The translations under genes and the position numbers were made by a program. The notes beneath the pieces were generated by a model. It was not told the origin of the DNA, did not search any database, and worked only from the letters and a program-made list of their open reading frames with translations. This document shows, in pieces, positions 48,553 through 61,749 of a DNA stretch of 64,000 bases (the first letter of the stretch is position 1; every line of letters begins with the position of its first letter). Source of the stretch: Macrostomum lignano (lineage: Eukaryota); contig NIVC01000131.1 in NCBI GenBank assembly GCA_002269645.1, forward strand, positions 124,001 to 188,000, in the 5' to 3' direction.

Positions 48553-50554
48553 GATGATTGATGTTTTTCCAGTGTCGAATAGATAGAACTAGAACCTAGT
48601 TACCTAGGAGGTATTTATAGCCTATACGAATGTGGCCTTTATAAATATAGCCTTCCTGTTAGTTAGTAGTAGAAAGAATCAAAATAAGCCTGGTTCAAAA
48701 TCAATTGATTAGTCATATATGAATCGATATACTTAACTTATTGCAGCTGCGCTCTGGCGACTCAGCAGGCCTCTGCAACTATAAAATTACGGTTTCTTTG
48801 AAAAGAACTTTTTAAATAGGAGTGTTGCGTGTTTTGTTTTTTTCTGATATGAAGAAAAATATGGCAATCCAGTTATGAATTCTATAACTATTAATGTTTA
48901 TATTCACTTGGGCCTAGCCTAGTCTTTTTTAATACATCTAAAATACGTGCACTACTAACTATAGATTTACTCTACTAACTGCTTCATCACAAAAATTTAA
49001 ATTACACTTAAACGCTATTTATGTGTACCAAGGACATAGAATTAACAGAAAATAACATAGAATCCTAATTTTCTGAACGAAAAGCTTTATAAATATCGAT
49101 AGAGCAATAAAAAAGGCACAACATATCAAAAGATGAACACTGGATCTGCCTCCTATCAAACGTAATAACAATTTTTGTGCTGAAAAAATGAAAACTTCCT
49201 ATCTCCGTAGTGTATTTTTTCGGGAAAAAGTCCCTTCAAAACTTTTCTAAGAAACGAGGTTTCCCGTCCTTCTACTTAAGTCGTCCTTGATGTGTACTTT
49301 ATTTTTTATCGGATTCTTTACTTTTTATCTTGTTTTATATACTACTGAGCTGACCTACAGGTACTGTAGTAAAAAGATGCATCCGGCGTGTCCAGTGAGG
49401 TGGGGGCCGCCGGGCCTGCCGCTCTTTAGCATAGGCCCTGAAAATATTGCAAGGGGGCAAGCGAATTTTTGCCAAAATACAGTCTCATCCAGAGTCCCAG
49501 ACACCCACTTACTCTCACTCCTAACCCTCAGGTTTTGACCTTCCAAGATACACGCCTCATATTTAAGGTTCTGCCGACTTCTGAAGAGTAGAGCACTTCC
49601 TTTCCAAGCATATTTTATTATTTTCTATATTAATATTATCTTGTCAATTTATTTGGGTTAGGGCCTACTAGGCCTGCCTATCATGTCATGAGTTAGGTCA
49701 TGAGTTAGTTAGTAGGCCTATGACATTGTGAAACATGACATGCATACTGGTATGACATGAAAATTTGTATTTAACTTCTTTAAAAATGTTAAATAGCAGA
49801 AAAATGATACAGTTTTCAATATAAACAATATTTTGCACTTCTTTAAATTTCTTCAAAATTGTTTCTTGAATTTAAAAAGCTTAAATTTGAATATTAAAAA
49901 ACAAATGTAAACTAGGCATAGCTACCCAAATTGAATTGAATTTGGTTTAATAGATAGAAGTTCACTTTGCACGAAAATTCTTTTGTATTATACTTAGAAG
50001 CCCTATTTTATATTAGACCTAATTTTAAAGATTATTGTTGTATATCAACATAGTTTAGATAGAGATTCTAATAGGATAATGTAAAGTACTAAAAAACTGG
50101 ATAAGTTGATAGTATAATATATAAGTCTATGGGTAACAGTGCCTTTAGACCTATTATACTTTGAGTGAAAAAATTAAAAGTTTTTATTGTATCTCTATTA
50201 GTGCTAGTATGATATATATAAATAGGATCAAACTTCTTAGGCATTGTACCCAAGATTCTAGGACTTGACTTAAGGATAACAGAGAAGTAATTGGGTGTCT
50301 GGTTTAATTTCGAATTAATTATAGATGTTGGATAGCAACAAAGTTTTCAGGATTGAGATCCTTATTGTAATCCTAAAACATCTTTTAATAACTTTTTTTC
50401 AACCTACTCACAGTAGTAATAAGCAGTACTTGTTTTGTTAAATGTCACCCCATCCTATTGCAAATTCAATCAGCTGTTCCAGTCAGTGCGCAGCGTGGCC
50501 TTTTTGCGCCATGCTGCAGTCCAGCAGCTGAGCACTGCTCCAGCTCCATCAGCA

Positions 50555-52268
50555 ATGGCTTCCCGTTCAATGCGCTCAGTGAACTCGTACGAGTATGGCG
50601 GCTTAGAGAAGCTGCAGCTCACCGACACCATGAAGGTGCCAGTGCTCCGCCAGCCAGACGATATTCTGGTGCGGGTGCACTGCAGCACTGTGCAGCCGAT
50701 AGACATCGCACTGCTTTCCGGCTACGGCTCTGTTCTGCTGCCCCTCGCTGCTCGAGCTGCCGCCTGCGGCGCTGAGCCTGACGCTGTTCCGCCAGCGCTG
50801 CCACTGATTCTCGGCCGCGACTTCTGCGGCGAGGTGGTCGCGGCCGGCCCGGACTGTCCGCCAGAGCTGCGCCAGCCCGGCCGGCTGGTTTGGGGCGCCA
50901 GGGCGCCGTTCGAGTCTGGCTGCCACGCCGAATTCGCCCTGGCCAGCGCCCGGCATGTCCGGCCCGTGCCGGACGGCGTGGACCCGGCCGCTGCCGCCTG
51001 CGTCCCGTATCCGGGCCTCACCGCGCTGTCCGCCATGCTGGAGGCCGGCCTGCCCACGCCTGCCAGCAGCTTCAACTGGCCGCTGAGCTGTCGGAGTTTT
51101 CGGCCGGACCCGGCTGTGCTGGTGCTGGGCGCCAGCGGCGGCGTTGGCTTGCTGCTGCTTCAGCTCATTCGATCCCTGCTGCCCGCCTGCCGCCTTGTTG
51201 TCACCTGCCCGGCTAGGTGAGCTTTTACTGCCTCCCTTAATCCCTTGGTCTTTTAGTGTCTCCTTAATCTCCTGGCATTTTACTGCCTTCCTTTAATCCT
51301 CTGGCCTTTTAGTGGCTCCCTTAATCTCTTGATCTTTTAGTGGCTCCCTTAATCTCTTGGTCTTTTAGTGGCTCCCTTAATCTCTTGGTCTTTTAGTGGC
51401 TCCCTTAATCTCTTGGTCTTTTAGTGGCTCCCTTAATCTCTTGGTCTTTTAGTGGCTCCCTTAATCTCTTGGTCTTTTAGTGGCTCCCTTAATTCCCTGA
51501 ACTTTTCGTGCCTCCCTTAATTCCCTGGTCTTTTAGTGGCTCCCTAATCCCCTGGTCTTTTAGTGGCTCCCTTAATCTTTTGATTCTTCAGTGGACTGCC
51601 TTAATCCGCTGATTCCTTAGTATAGTCTCTCTAATCTCCTGATGCTTCAACGACAGCCAGTTAATCCTGTTCAATTAATCAAAGTAAATAGAATCTCCAA
51701 CCCAGTTGTGCTACTGTCAGTAGTGCAGCTGAGCTGCTCAGCAATAGTATTAAAATCAAAATAAACCCGAACTTTCAGACACGTCGCCGACCTGCCAGCT
51801 GCCGTGAATGGCTGCCAGCTGGACTCGGTGCTGGCATCCGGCGGCCAGGACTCCGCCGCCGCCCTGCAACAGCTGACCGCAGCTCCGGCTACTTTCGATG
51901 CCATCATCGACCTGACTAGGGATGCCGCCAGTCGGCGCCGCCTGCTGCCGACCCTGCGGCCGGGGGGCCGTCTAGCCACCGTGAGCAGCCCGCTGCTACG
52001 CCTGTTCGACCAGCGTGGCGTCGCTGGCGGCGCCCCGGTCGCGGCGCGCGCCTTCGCCTCGGACCGGGCCGCCGGAATCCGCTGGGCCTTCTTTGCCCAG
52101 TCCGGCGCCAATCTGGACTATTTGGCGCGGCTGTTGGCGCTGGGCCGGCTGGCGCCAAGGATTGACCGGCGATTTTCTATGAGCGGCGAATTTCGCACCG
52201 CCTTCGAGCTGGCAGCCGGAGGCGACGGTCGCGGCATGGGCAGAGTGCTGCTGGACGTTGCCAGCTGA
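50555..52268 (+). CDS. RTN4IP1: RTN4IP1-like NAD(P)H:quinone oxidoreductase (MDR family), >=2 exons; may extend 5' (targeting peptide)
   Basis: ILVRVHCSTVQPIDIALLSGYG, LPLILGRDFCGEVV, GCHAEF, VLVLGASGGVG; intron 51217-51778 (phase 2, AG|A); second exon with RWAFF and GRVLLDV. Confidence 0.82.
51225..51650. repeat. RTN4IP1 intron minisatellite, 28-bp CTCCCTTAATCTCTTGGTCTTTTAGTGG
   Basis: ~14 copies filling most of the intron. Confidence 0.92.
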
Positions 52269-52454
52269 GGCAACTGCTGACTACTGGTTGATTTGCGTCT
52301 ATGCTCTTTGCTCTTGAATAGAAATATTATTAGATTGTTGAACTGGCATTTCGTATGGCATTTTTCTGTCATAAACTATGATTAAATTGGACCGTGAAGT
52401 GCGTTGTTAAGCTTGAATTTTAATAGTTCATTTTTGGTTTGTGAGCGGGAACAG

Positions 52455-52735
52455 CACTCTCTCACTGAGCAGGTAGTGCACTCACTGAGCAGGTACTGCG
52501 CTCACTGAGCAGGTACTGCACTCACTGAGCAGGTACTGCACTCACTGAGCAGGTACTGCACTCACTGAGCAGGTACTGCACTCACTGAGCAGGTACTACA
52601 CTCACTCAGCAGGTACTGCACTCACTGAGCAGGTACTGCACTCACTGAGCAGGTACTGCACTCACTGAGCAGTTACTGCACTCACTGAGCAGGTACTGCA
52701 CTCACTGAGCTGGTACTGCCCTCACTGAGCAGGTA
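52455..52735. repeat. 20-bp tandem CACTCACTGAGCAGGTACTG
   Basis: ~14 copies; last unit interrupted by a MITE and resumes at 53306. Confidence 0.95.
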
Positions 52736-53305
52736 TCGCTTTTGACGCTCTAGATAAGACTTTAGACATTCAAAATAAGACTGCATAGGATCGCAAGCAA
52801 GGCCAGGCTAGCCACGGCCAGAGCATGCCCAGTCTTGGCTGCAGGAATGGCTTGGCCATAGACTAAAAAATGGAATATCAAAATGAGAATAAGACGCTCA
52901 ATATGAGACTGAGTGTGAAAGCCTTCAGATATCGCTCTAACCCTCTGACCCTCAGCCAGCTCTCCTTCTTCACCCCTTGGGTTGCATCTGACCCCTTGGA
53001 TTTCACTGTGATGGCACCATCAGGCTGACTTCAGTGATGGACTAAACATTTCGATATGCTATTCTGCTTTTTGTTTATTGCCTAATTTCTCCTTAGCTGT
53101 TTGTATGGTGACTGCCAAAAAGCAAATAAATTACGTTCACTCCCGGTCTCATATTGAGCGTCTTATTCTCATTTTGATATTCCATTTTTTAGTCTATGGC
53201 CAAGCCATCCCTGCAGCCAAGACTGGGCATGCTCTGGCCGTGGCTAGCCTGGCCTTGCAGTCTTATTTTGAATGTCTAAAGTCTTATCTAGAGCGTCAAA
53301 AGCGA
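52736..53305. mobile_element. MITE-like element with ~170-bp terminal inverted repeats and TA target duplication
   Basis: 52736-52909 is the reverse complement of 53146-53305 (one small indel); flanks GG-TA|TCGCTTTT...AAAAGCGA|TA-CTGCAC. Confidence 0.88.
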
Positions 53306-55623
53306 TACTGCACCCACTGAGCAGGAACTCATTCATTCGAATTCAAAATACTCTCTTCAAGGTGCCACGTCGGCTACATAGCAACCAAAATCGAGGTGCT
53401 TGACACGAAGCCGGTTTTCGCTGCAAAACGCATCACTTAGACAAGTAGATAGGACCTTCTATTATAGGGCCTTCTATAGGACTTTAGAAATAAAAACTAA
53501 GCAAGCATGTGTTTGTCAAGGTTTTACACACGCTCTGAATAATAATTCAAAATCTAAATTACGACTTGTAGTTAGCTCAACTTGAAATGCATTGTCATAT
53601 GGTCTAGCCAACAAGTGAGACAATATAATGAGAATTTCTGCCATAGACAACTGCCATAGACAAGTTAACGCGTGTAGTCACTGGATTGAACACGAAAATT
53701 CGATGCTTGACGTTTTGTATTGAAGTCGCTGTTCCGACTGCCTTACGTTTTGAGCCCACGGAGGTACCGGAGATAGACATTGAGGTCCCCCGCAGAATCC
53801 TTATCATCAGATGGTTCGACGATGGCTACCGACGTCTCGTTAGTCGCAGACGACGAACTGGCTCCGTATAGCGAAGTAGACATCAGACGTCAGACATCTT
53901 GCCCAGTTCATTTGCCTTTCGCTTGCTGCTAGTTAGGTAACTAAAGAAAGTATGCATGGATGTATTATTTAGAATACATACTTAGAATACATTTACTTTC
54001 AAGTAAAGAATATAATACAAATACGAGTATAAGAACTTACCGCTGCATGGACAGTTTTGCTTTTTGATATCTTCTCCAAGCGAAAACCAGCTTCATGCAA
54101 ATAAAAAATGACAATAGGTCGAACGTTGTGCCCGGTATACCGTTTAGCAGACTTAGCAATTTCTGCTTCAGTCCAGCCAGTAATACAGGGAATACAGGGG
54201 CGGGGAATTGAAACAAATGAAGCATGGTGTTGAATGAAGACACATTCTTATTTGATCCAGCGTGCAAGAATGCTTTGGAAGTCGCCATATGCGTGCAGAA
54301 ATGCAAGTTTCTATGGTAAAAGCACCTTGAATTTACATGTGCACTCCGTGCAGGAATGTCAATCGTGCAAGAATGTAACGCGCAATGTTTCTATATTTAG
54401 CATAACAGCCATAGACTACAAGCATAATCTTCTTTCCATCGTGCAAGAATGTTCAGACTAGCTCGCGCATATTTTTTCTATGGTTCAAGTCTAACTCCAC
54501 ATCCCCAGCTCCACCCTTGTCTACTTTAGCCACACATGTTGGATCAAATAAGACTGCGCACGAGGGTTTTTACCATAGACGCACAAGTCAAAGTGCTAGA
54601 TTCCTCCACTGAGACAGCTTTGCAGCTCAGCTCTTTCAGCAGTCCTTCAACTCTTTTTAACCGTAATTGTACTGGACGAATTACCATAGACTAATCATGG
54701 ATGCTTATCGATTCGTCAGCGTGCATCATAATGCTTGTTTGTCGTTGGCTGTTGGTTAGCCATACTGTTGGCTAGTCAATATGGAAGCACGTCTTGCGCG
54801 TGCACCATCTCTCCATTGAGCCCTTGGTAGCAAGGGAAACGGGATGTCAACTTTTTGGTCCCAGTGGGAATAAAAAGGGTAATGGGGATATTATGCAAAC
54901 TTTAGCCTTTCAAGGAGGGAAGCGGTGGGTTTTCATAAATTTCTCTATCATTGCATTGAGGCTTGAGTTGTCACGCCTGTCTCTGTGGGTAATTCAAGCT
55001 GCATCCAGTAGTAACTTTCCTATAAATATCTCAAGTCCAGGCCAGTGACAGCGATTTGGACCAAACACATTGGTTTAAAAGCCTAAACGTTGAAAACAAA
55101 TTAATCTCAATGAATTGAATCTTTAACATCAAACTTCAAAACCTTTGCCCCGTCGCCGTCCTCTCGCTGTCGGCGACCCCTGTTGCCAAACAAATTCAGA
55201 AAATTCTCAATTCACCTGAAAAAATCAATTTCTGCAATCTCAGCAATTTTACCTGCAGTATTCGCGGGTGAGCCAGCTGAAACTCTGCATGCAAAGTCAA
55301 GCAAACAAAGGCTCGGATTGTCACAATGTAAAATCCAACAGAAAATTTCTGACGCCGTGTCCAGAGCGCTATGGAATCGGCAAGCAGAAAAGCGGTGCTC
55401 AAGTCAGCTGACCATCGATCCCCGAGCAAACACCGGCAGCAGCCATGAGCATCAATTTGCGCACCTGCTGGTTGCCAACAAATTCTGTTGCCAAATGTTT
55501 GAACGCCGAGTTGCCAGGTGGTCAAGCAGTCCAGGTTCATAAAAAGCACCCCTGGCCAGCGACCAGAGTCCATCAAGTCGACTCGATTTCTCACTGCCGG
55601 ACATCCAGACTCTCTGACTCAAG

Positions 55624-56292
55624 ATGAAGCTGCTGCTGCTGCTCACCGCCCTGGTGGCCACCGCCCTGGCCTGCGAGAACCCGCCCAGAGAGGGAGCCAT
55701 CGGAGTGGCCGGTCTCGGCTACCACAACGGCACCTACCTCAAGCTGCTGGGAGGCATCGCCGGCTCCAAGGAGAAGAAGAAGGTGGCCGCCTACTTCAAG
55801 GTGAAGTCCCAGAACTACTCCGGACACCACTACACCATGTTCGACTTCGAGGCTGGCGTCGGCTACTACGCCTGGGGCACCAGTGCCGCCAACGCCCGGT
55901 GCGTGAAGATCCCCGTGAGCCACGCCAAGTACTTCCTCACCCTGTGCCCCAAGATGTGGCCGAACAACCGCGTGGTGGCCCGCTCCACCGTCACCAGCCG
56001 CAAGGTGCCCATCAGCGTGCACTGCGGCCGCATGACCAAGGGCGACCTCTCCATCAAGCTGGGCGGCGTCATCGATGACCGCTGCGTGCCGATCCTCATC
56101 AAGAAGAAGTACAGGAAGAACGGCCAGTGCTCCGGCGGTATTCTCTTCTTCTTCGGCTTCCACCAGCCCAAGGACAAGTACTTCGAGCTGCCCGAGCTGT
56201 GCGCCAGCGCCAAGTTCTACAAGCCGAAGCGCGGAGAGGGCAGAAAGCCGTGCAGCGAGAAGACCAAGGGCCTGCCGACCCCCGACAGCTAA
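55624..56292 (+). CDS. Secreted ependymin-related (EPDR-like) protein, 222 aa, Lys-rich, intronless CDS
   Basis: Signal peptide MKLLLLLTALVATALA-C; C-x-x-P start; FDFEAGVGYY..RCVK; RCVPI; F..FHQPKDKYFELPELC (F-x-x-P-x-x-C end), the ependymin Cys pattern; strong GC3 codon bias. Confidence 0.75.
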   Translation: MKLLLLLTALVATALACENPPREGAIGVAGLGYHNGTYLKLLGGIAGSKEKKKVAAYFKVKSQNYSGHHYTMFDFEAGVGYYAWGTSAANARCVKIPVSHAKYFLTLCPKMWPNNRVVARSTVTSRKVPISVHCGRMTKGDLSIKLGGVIDDRCVPILIKKKYRKNGQCSGGILFFFGFHQPKDKYFELPELCASAKFYKPKRGEGRKPCSEKTKGLPTPDS

Positions 56293-57812
56293 ACTGCTGG
56301 ACTGACCTTGGACTGGGGATTTTCCACTGCAGCAATGCTGAGTACCGGCGTATGGCTGGTTAACTAGCAGAAATACACGAGACCTGCTGCTGCAGCTGCG
56401 AACCGCATTTGCACCATCGTGCTGCCTGAGTTGTCTTTGCCTCATTTGCTCAACTGTGCTGGATATCATATGGCAGTGTTTTGGGATTGCTTGAAGGTTA
56501 AATCCAATTGAAAGTTGCAGGGCACTCTGACTGCAGACCTCACAATGATGTCAGTCAAGCATTTAGAGCATGGTCAAAAAGTTTTGAAATCTACTTGCAG
56601 GGAGTATTCGTCATCTCGTTAATTGGTAATTGTGGCTAGCAAGGGGGATTCTGGCTTATTGGCAGCTCGCTGCTGCTGCATTAAAAGCAGTTTAATAAAC
56701 AATAAGCCGATTGAGAAAACTTGCTAGGCATAAATTTGGAAACACCAGAAAAAAGTTGATAAAAATCAAAAGCTGCGACTTTGAGCAACGCTAGTTGAGC
56801 TCTGTTTATTCAGCACAATGGAAGACATTGCAAACTGATGAGTTTAAACAAAATAAGAAACTGCTGCATATAGTCAATAACGAACAATTAAACAAGGATC
56901 TCACTTTATATACTTATTTCAGAAGGAATAATAGTAAGGAAAGCATTGGAACTCTAAAGCAATGACCAAAAGGAATTAACGATTACTAAACACTAGCAGT
57001 TAAACAAATATCTCACTTTATAAGCTTATTTCAGAAGCAATTAGCATTTAAATTATTGCAGATTTTTACAATTATCAAAATATGGCATTGTATCAGAAGA
57101 GATCATAAAGAACATAGAGATGTTGGATTGCTAAAACAATGACCAAAATGAATTAACGTTTACTAAAATTGTGTTTAAAATATTGAATTGGAAACATCGA
57201 CACAAAATTTTTCACACAATCGAATAACAGACTCAGAATGTTCAAAAAGTAATTTGAGAACGTACTCAAGCGGCAGGATGGTGCGCTTTGATACACCCGG
57301 GAAACGCAAAACTCTTTACAAATTCAATCAAATATCCCATCAAATGTCCAATCAAGTATCAAATCAAGTATAAAATCAAATATTCAATCAAATATCCTAT
57401 CAAGTATCCTATCAAGTATTCAATCGCACTGCAGCTTCGCTTGTGCCCTCTGAAAATACTGACAGAAAAGTTACTCTACCAAAAAATTTCTCCCCCAAAA
57501 CTTTTTCTGCGGTTTTTTTTGCGGCATTTTTTACTTAAGTTCAGAAGACTTCGGCTTGGTTAAAGTGAAGTGTACGAATTTGGTCACACCAGATAGCTGA
57601 ATAAATTTCCACAACTCGAGTGTAAAATCACTGGCTTAGGAGCTATTGTAGTGCTGGCAATTAAGCCCCTTGGGCAATTAATACTTGTGCTTTTAATCCT
57701 TGGGCAATTTGATCCCAACTAGTTTCAGCCTGTGACAAAACAATCCCTTCTGACTTCAAATTCCAATAATCAATCAATTCAGAGTCCAATATCACTGCCG
57801 GTGCCAACTTGC

Positions 57813-60620
57813 TCAGAGGAAGAACAGCCGGTCGCAAATCTGCGGGCTCGGCTCCTCCATCAGATTCTGGCCGACCAGGTACGCCAGCCTGTGGGCGTAG
57901 TGGCAGGGCGCTACAACACGTATAGTGCCGGGCCAGTTAAAGTACAGGTGGGTCAGCTTGTACGTCAGCTGCTGCACCTGGTCCGGCTTGATATTGGCAT
58001 CATTCATGTCTTCGATGACGTTGTAGTGAGTCGGCGTGACCGTGCCCTGGTTCACGTACTGCGACACCAGGAAGAAGTCCACGAAGTTCGGCATCGTGAT
58101 CACGTCGTCCAGCACGGTGCCGGGGGCCGGGTTCCTCAGCTGGCTGCCCTGCTTGCGGAACATGCGAGAGCTGACCAGCTTCTTCACCACAATGGCCTTG
58201 AAGCCGAGGCTGCTCATGCGCTCGCCGTAGATTTTCGACAGCGACTGCTTCAGCTGGAGCAGCTCCGAGTTCTTCACCTGCAAACATGATAACATAAATT
58301 ATAATAATGCACTTGGCGCCAATTTCAGACAACTACTTGAGCAAAAGCTCACCTCCTCCAGCATAGAGTCGCCCACACCGTCGCGGTACAGGATGATCCG
58401 GGTAGGCAGGTCGCCGTTCTTCTCTCTGAATTTCTGCAGGGCCAAGTTGAAGCCGACCTCCAGCCTGTTGTGCAGCTCGGCTTTGCCTCCCTTCACGATG
58501 GGCGAGTACGAGTAGTACTGGGTGAAGGTCTCGTTCAGCGAGAACACAATGCCTTGCACCGAGACGCTCTGCCGCTTGTCGTGATAAGTGTCCATCCCGA
58601 CGATCATTGTGCGCTTCATCGGGATGCTCACAGCCCAGGCAACGCCGCCCAGCTTGCAGGAGATCTGCAGGGCCACCTTCGTGGCAACCGACATCACCTT
58701 GGCCGGGTTGCGGATGGTCTTGGTCAGGACGCACTGGCTCGGCACCGGCTTGTTTACATAGCACAAACGCTTGATGGAGTCGTAGCGCTGCTTCTTGTTG
58801 CTGGGCAGCAGGCAGAACACCAGGTCCAGGCCTTGGTCGATGTTTTCCTCAATCGTCTTCACCCACAGCTGGTCTCGGTCCTGAGCCACTGCCAGCACGT
58901 AGGGCTCGCCGAACGACATGCCGAGTGACTGCGAAGCCCGGCTCAGCTTCTGACAGAAGTCGGCGGCCGCCTGCTCGTCTCGCTGGGAGTACACAAAGAT
59001 CCAGTTCTTGCAGTTTACCGGCTGAAACATGCCGTTGCCCTTGAGAGCATTGTCCCAGTCAGCGCGCTCAGAGTCCACCCTGATGGGTTTACTCATCTGG
59101 ACAGTCTCCGGAGCCAGCTGGCGGGCGGTGGCCTCCACAGCGTTGGGCGCTACCGCCAGGCCGAACTCTCCTAGCACCCGCTGGCACTCCCGGTTTTGGG
59201 CCATTTTGCTTGCAAATTTCACCAGCTTGCCGCACCGAGTTGACGGGTCAATCCGAGTGAAGGTGGCCAGGTCCTTCATCAGGTTTCGGTCGGCCCGCAT
59301 CTCATCAGTCAGACCGGTCATAAAGCAAACCTCTGGCGGCAGAAGAACGTTCTCAGCCTGCTCTCGGCGGCCTCCCTTAGTCGGCGGCAGATCTCGCTTG
59401 CGCGGCTTCGACATCAGAAGCGGCTGCCCACTGTCCGACAAATTGACATTGTACGTCTGGGCGAAGTACTGGGCCAGAGAAATCTCCTCGCTCTGGCGAG
59501 TGCTCTTATTGTACCTGGGGAAGGTCTCAGTTACTCGCTTATCCCATTCGATTGCGTCAATACGATACGTCTTGTTGTTGTGCCGCGTGAGCACTATCTG
59601 CCCCACTAAGGCGTCGGTGGCTGCGGCCTGGAAATTGCCGGGATTGCGATTGTACATGTCGTACATCACATCCAGAACCGTGCTCATGTGGATGATCTTG
59701 TGCGACACGTCAACATGCAGCATCAGAGGTCCATCAGACGGCTTGATGGCCATCTCGAAACCGGGCCACACCTGGTAAAGGCGATCAAAGTGGAATTTTT
59801 TGTCAAATTCACAAAGTTAACTGCCACAGCAGAGCAAACCGCTTACCTCCATGCGATGCTGTGGAAGCTTCGTCGCTTGGTCGGGGTAATAAAAGTTTCT
59901 GCCGACCATTTGCATGTTGAGGTGGCTCTGGGTTTTTCCAAGCACTACGTTCATCAAGTGCAACCACTGAGGCGTGTTCTTTTCGATGACGCCAACCTGT
60001 CTAATTGCAACTTCTCCGCTCCACGACTTGATGCTGGCAGCAAACTTTACTCCCTCGGCAGGCGCCAGGGGCTGCTTGGTGTACAGGCAGCCGCCATCGT
60101 AAACAAACGGCTTTGGCACCTGCTGGGCATCGTTCAGCAGCTTCTCGCGCAGCGGCTTCGCGCCCAGCATCGGGCGAAAGTCGGCGGCCAGCTGGTAGGC
60201 GCACCATTTGTCCTCGGTGTTGATTCGAACGAAATTCGTCATCACCTGCACCGGGGCTCCGCTGCTGCCCTTCTTGCCCGCAGCTCCCTCGGGCCGAACA
60301 TTCGCCATCTGGAAGCGCAGCAGCTTTCGTTGTAGGCCGCCTCGCTCGCCGCTGGCTTCGCCGCCAACTCGCAGGCGGGCCATGCGCTCAGACAGCTGGC
60401 CCGGATCTCCGGCCTGCTGTGCAGCACCGCTACATTCAGCAGCGTGAACTCCAGATGGAGCAGCAACACCAGCTTGAACACTCAGGCCTGGTGGCGGAGC
60501 CGGATAAGCAGCTGCGATGGGGGCAGGGGCTTGGACTGAGCTGGCGCCAGACGTAACCTCCTCAGGGCGAGGGCCTGCGCGCCCTCGAGCCCGACCACGG
60601 CCTTTAATCTGTTGCGACAT
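57813..60620 (-). CDS. piwi: Piwi-clade Argonaute, 3 coding exons, ~885 aa
   Basis: Exons 60620-59847, 59771-58353, 58277-57813, phase-0 GT/AG. N-terminal GRGRARGRA; PAZ IVLTRHNNKTYRIDAIEW; MID VPSQCV..KVALQISCKLGG; PIWI VGMD, YRDGVGD, LTYKLTHLYFNWPGTIRV..YAHRLAYLVG, ends LFFL. Confidence 0.97.
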
Positions 60621-60670
60621 GACAGTTGCTGAAAGACGTGTGCAAAGTACAAAGTGAAAGTGTGATGATA

Positions 60671-61209
<539 letters not shown>

Positions 61210-61749
61210 TTGCTAAATAAGCAAAACTGCATTTTAATCACCCATTGCAACACTTAAATTTATTAACAAAATTTTGTAAACAACATGTATTCACAATGCA
61301 AAAGTTAGCTAATTTAGTAGATACGTAACTAACAATTCATATCTTAATTAGTACTATATGGTCAAAGCTGCAGCCGATAGGTTAACCTAGTGTTCAGGCT
61401 CACGCAAAGTACGTTGAAAAAGGTTTATCACCAATGATGACAGTTATCTGGATCCAACAACAGCAATTGATGAGGAAACATTCAGACAATAATTAAGCAT
61501 TGGTAAGTTTATTGGTAAATGTAGCAGGCTAGAAACGATCTCACCGGGGTTGTTACGGGCTGCTTCTAGTAGAGATTTTGTCGGCTGGCTGTGTCATGGG
61601 ACTGGCTGGCATTCACCTGCGTGTGGGCAGATACGCATAAACAGCAGTTATTGCATATAGAAGCGCGAAAATCACTGACAGAATCTGCGATAACTGCTTT
61701 AATTTGCTTTGCATGCTCAGCTGTTGTTCCTTGGTGATCAGCTGTGTCT

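Noticed and set aside
55591-56469. 292-aa antisense ORF, plus similar antisense ORFs over CPEB, ENL, RTN4IP1 and piwi exons
   Set aside because: Shadow ORFs caused by high GC3 codon bias of the real genes
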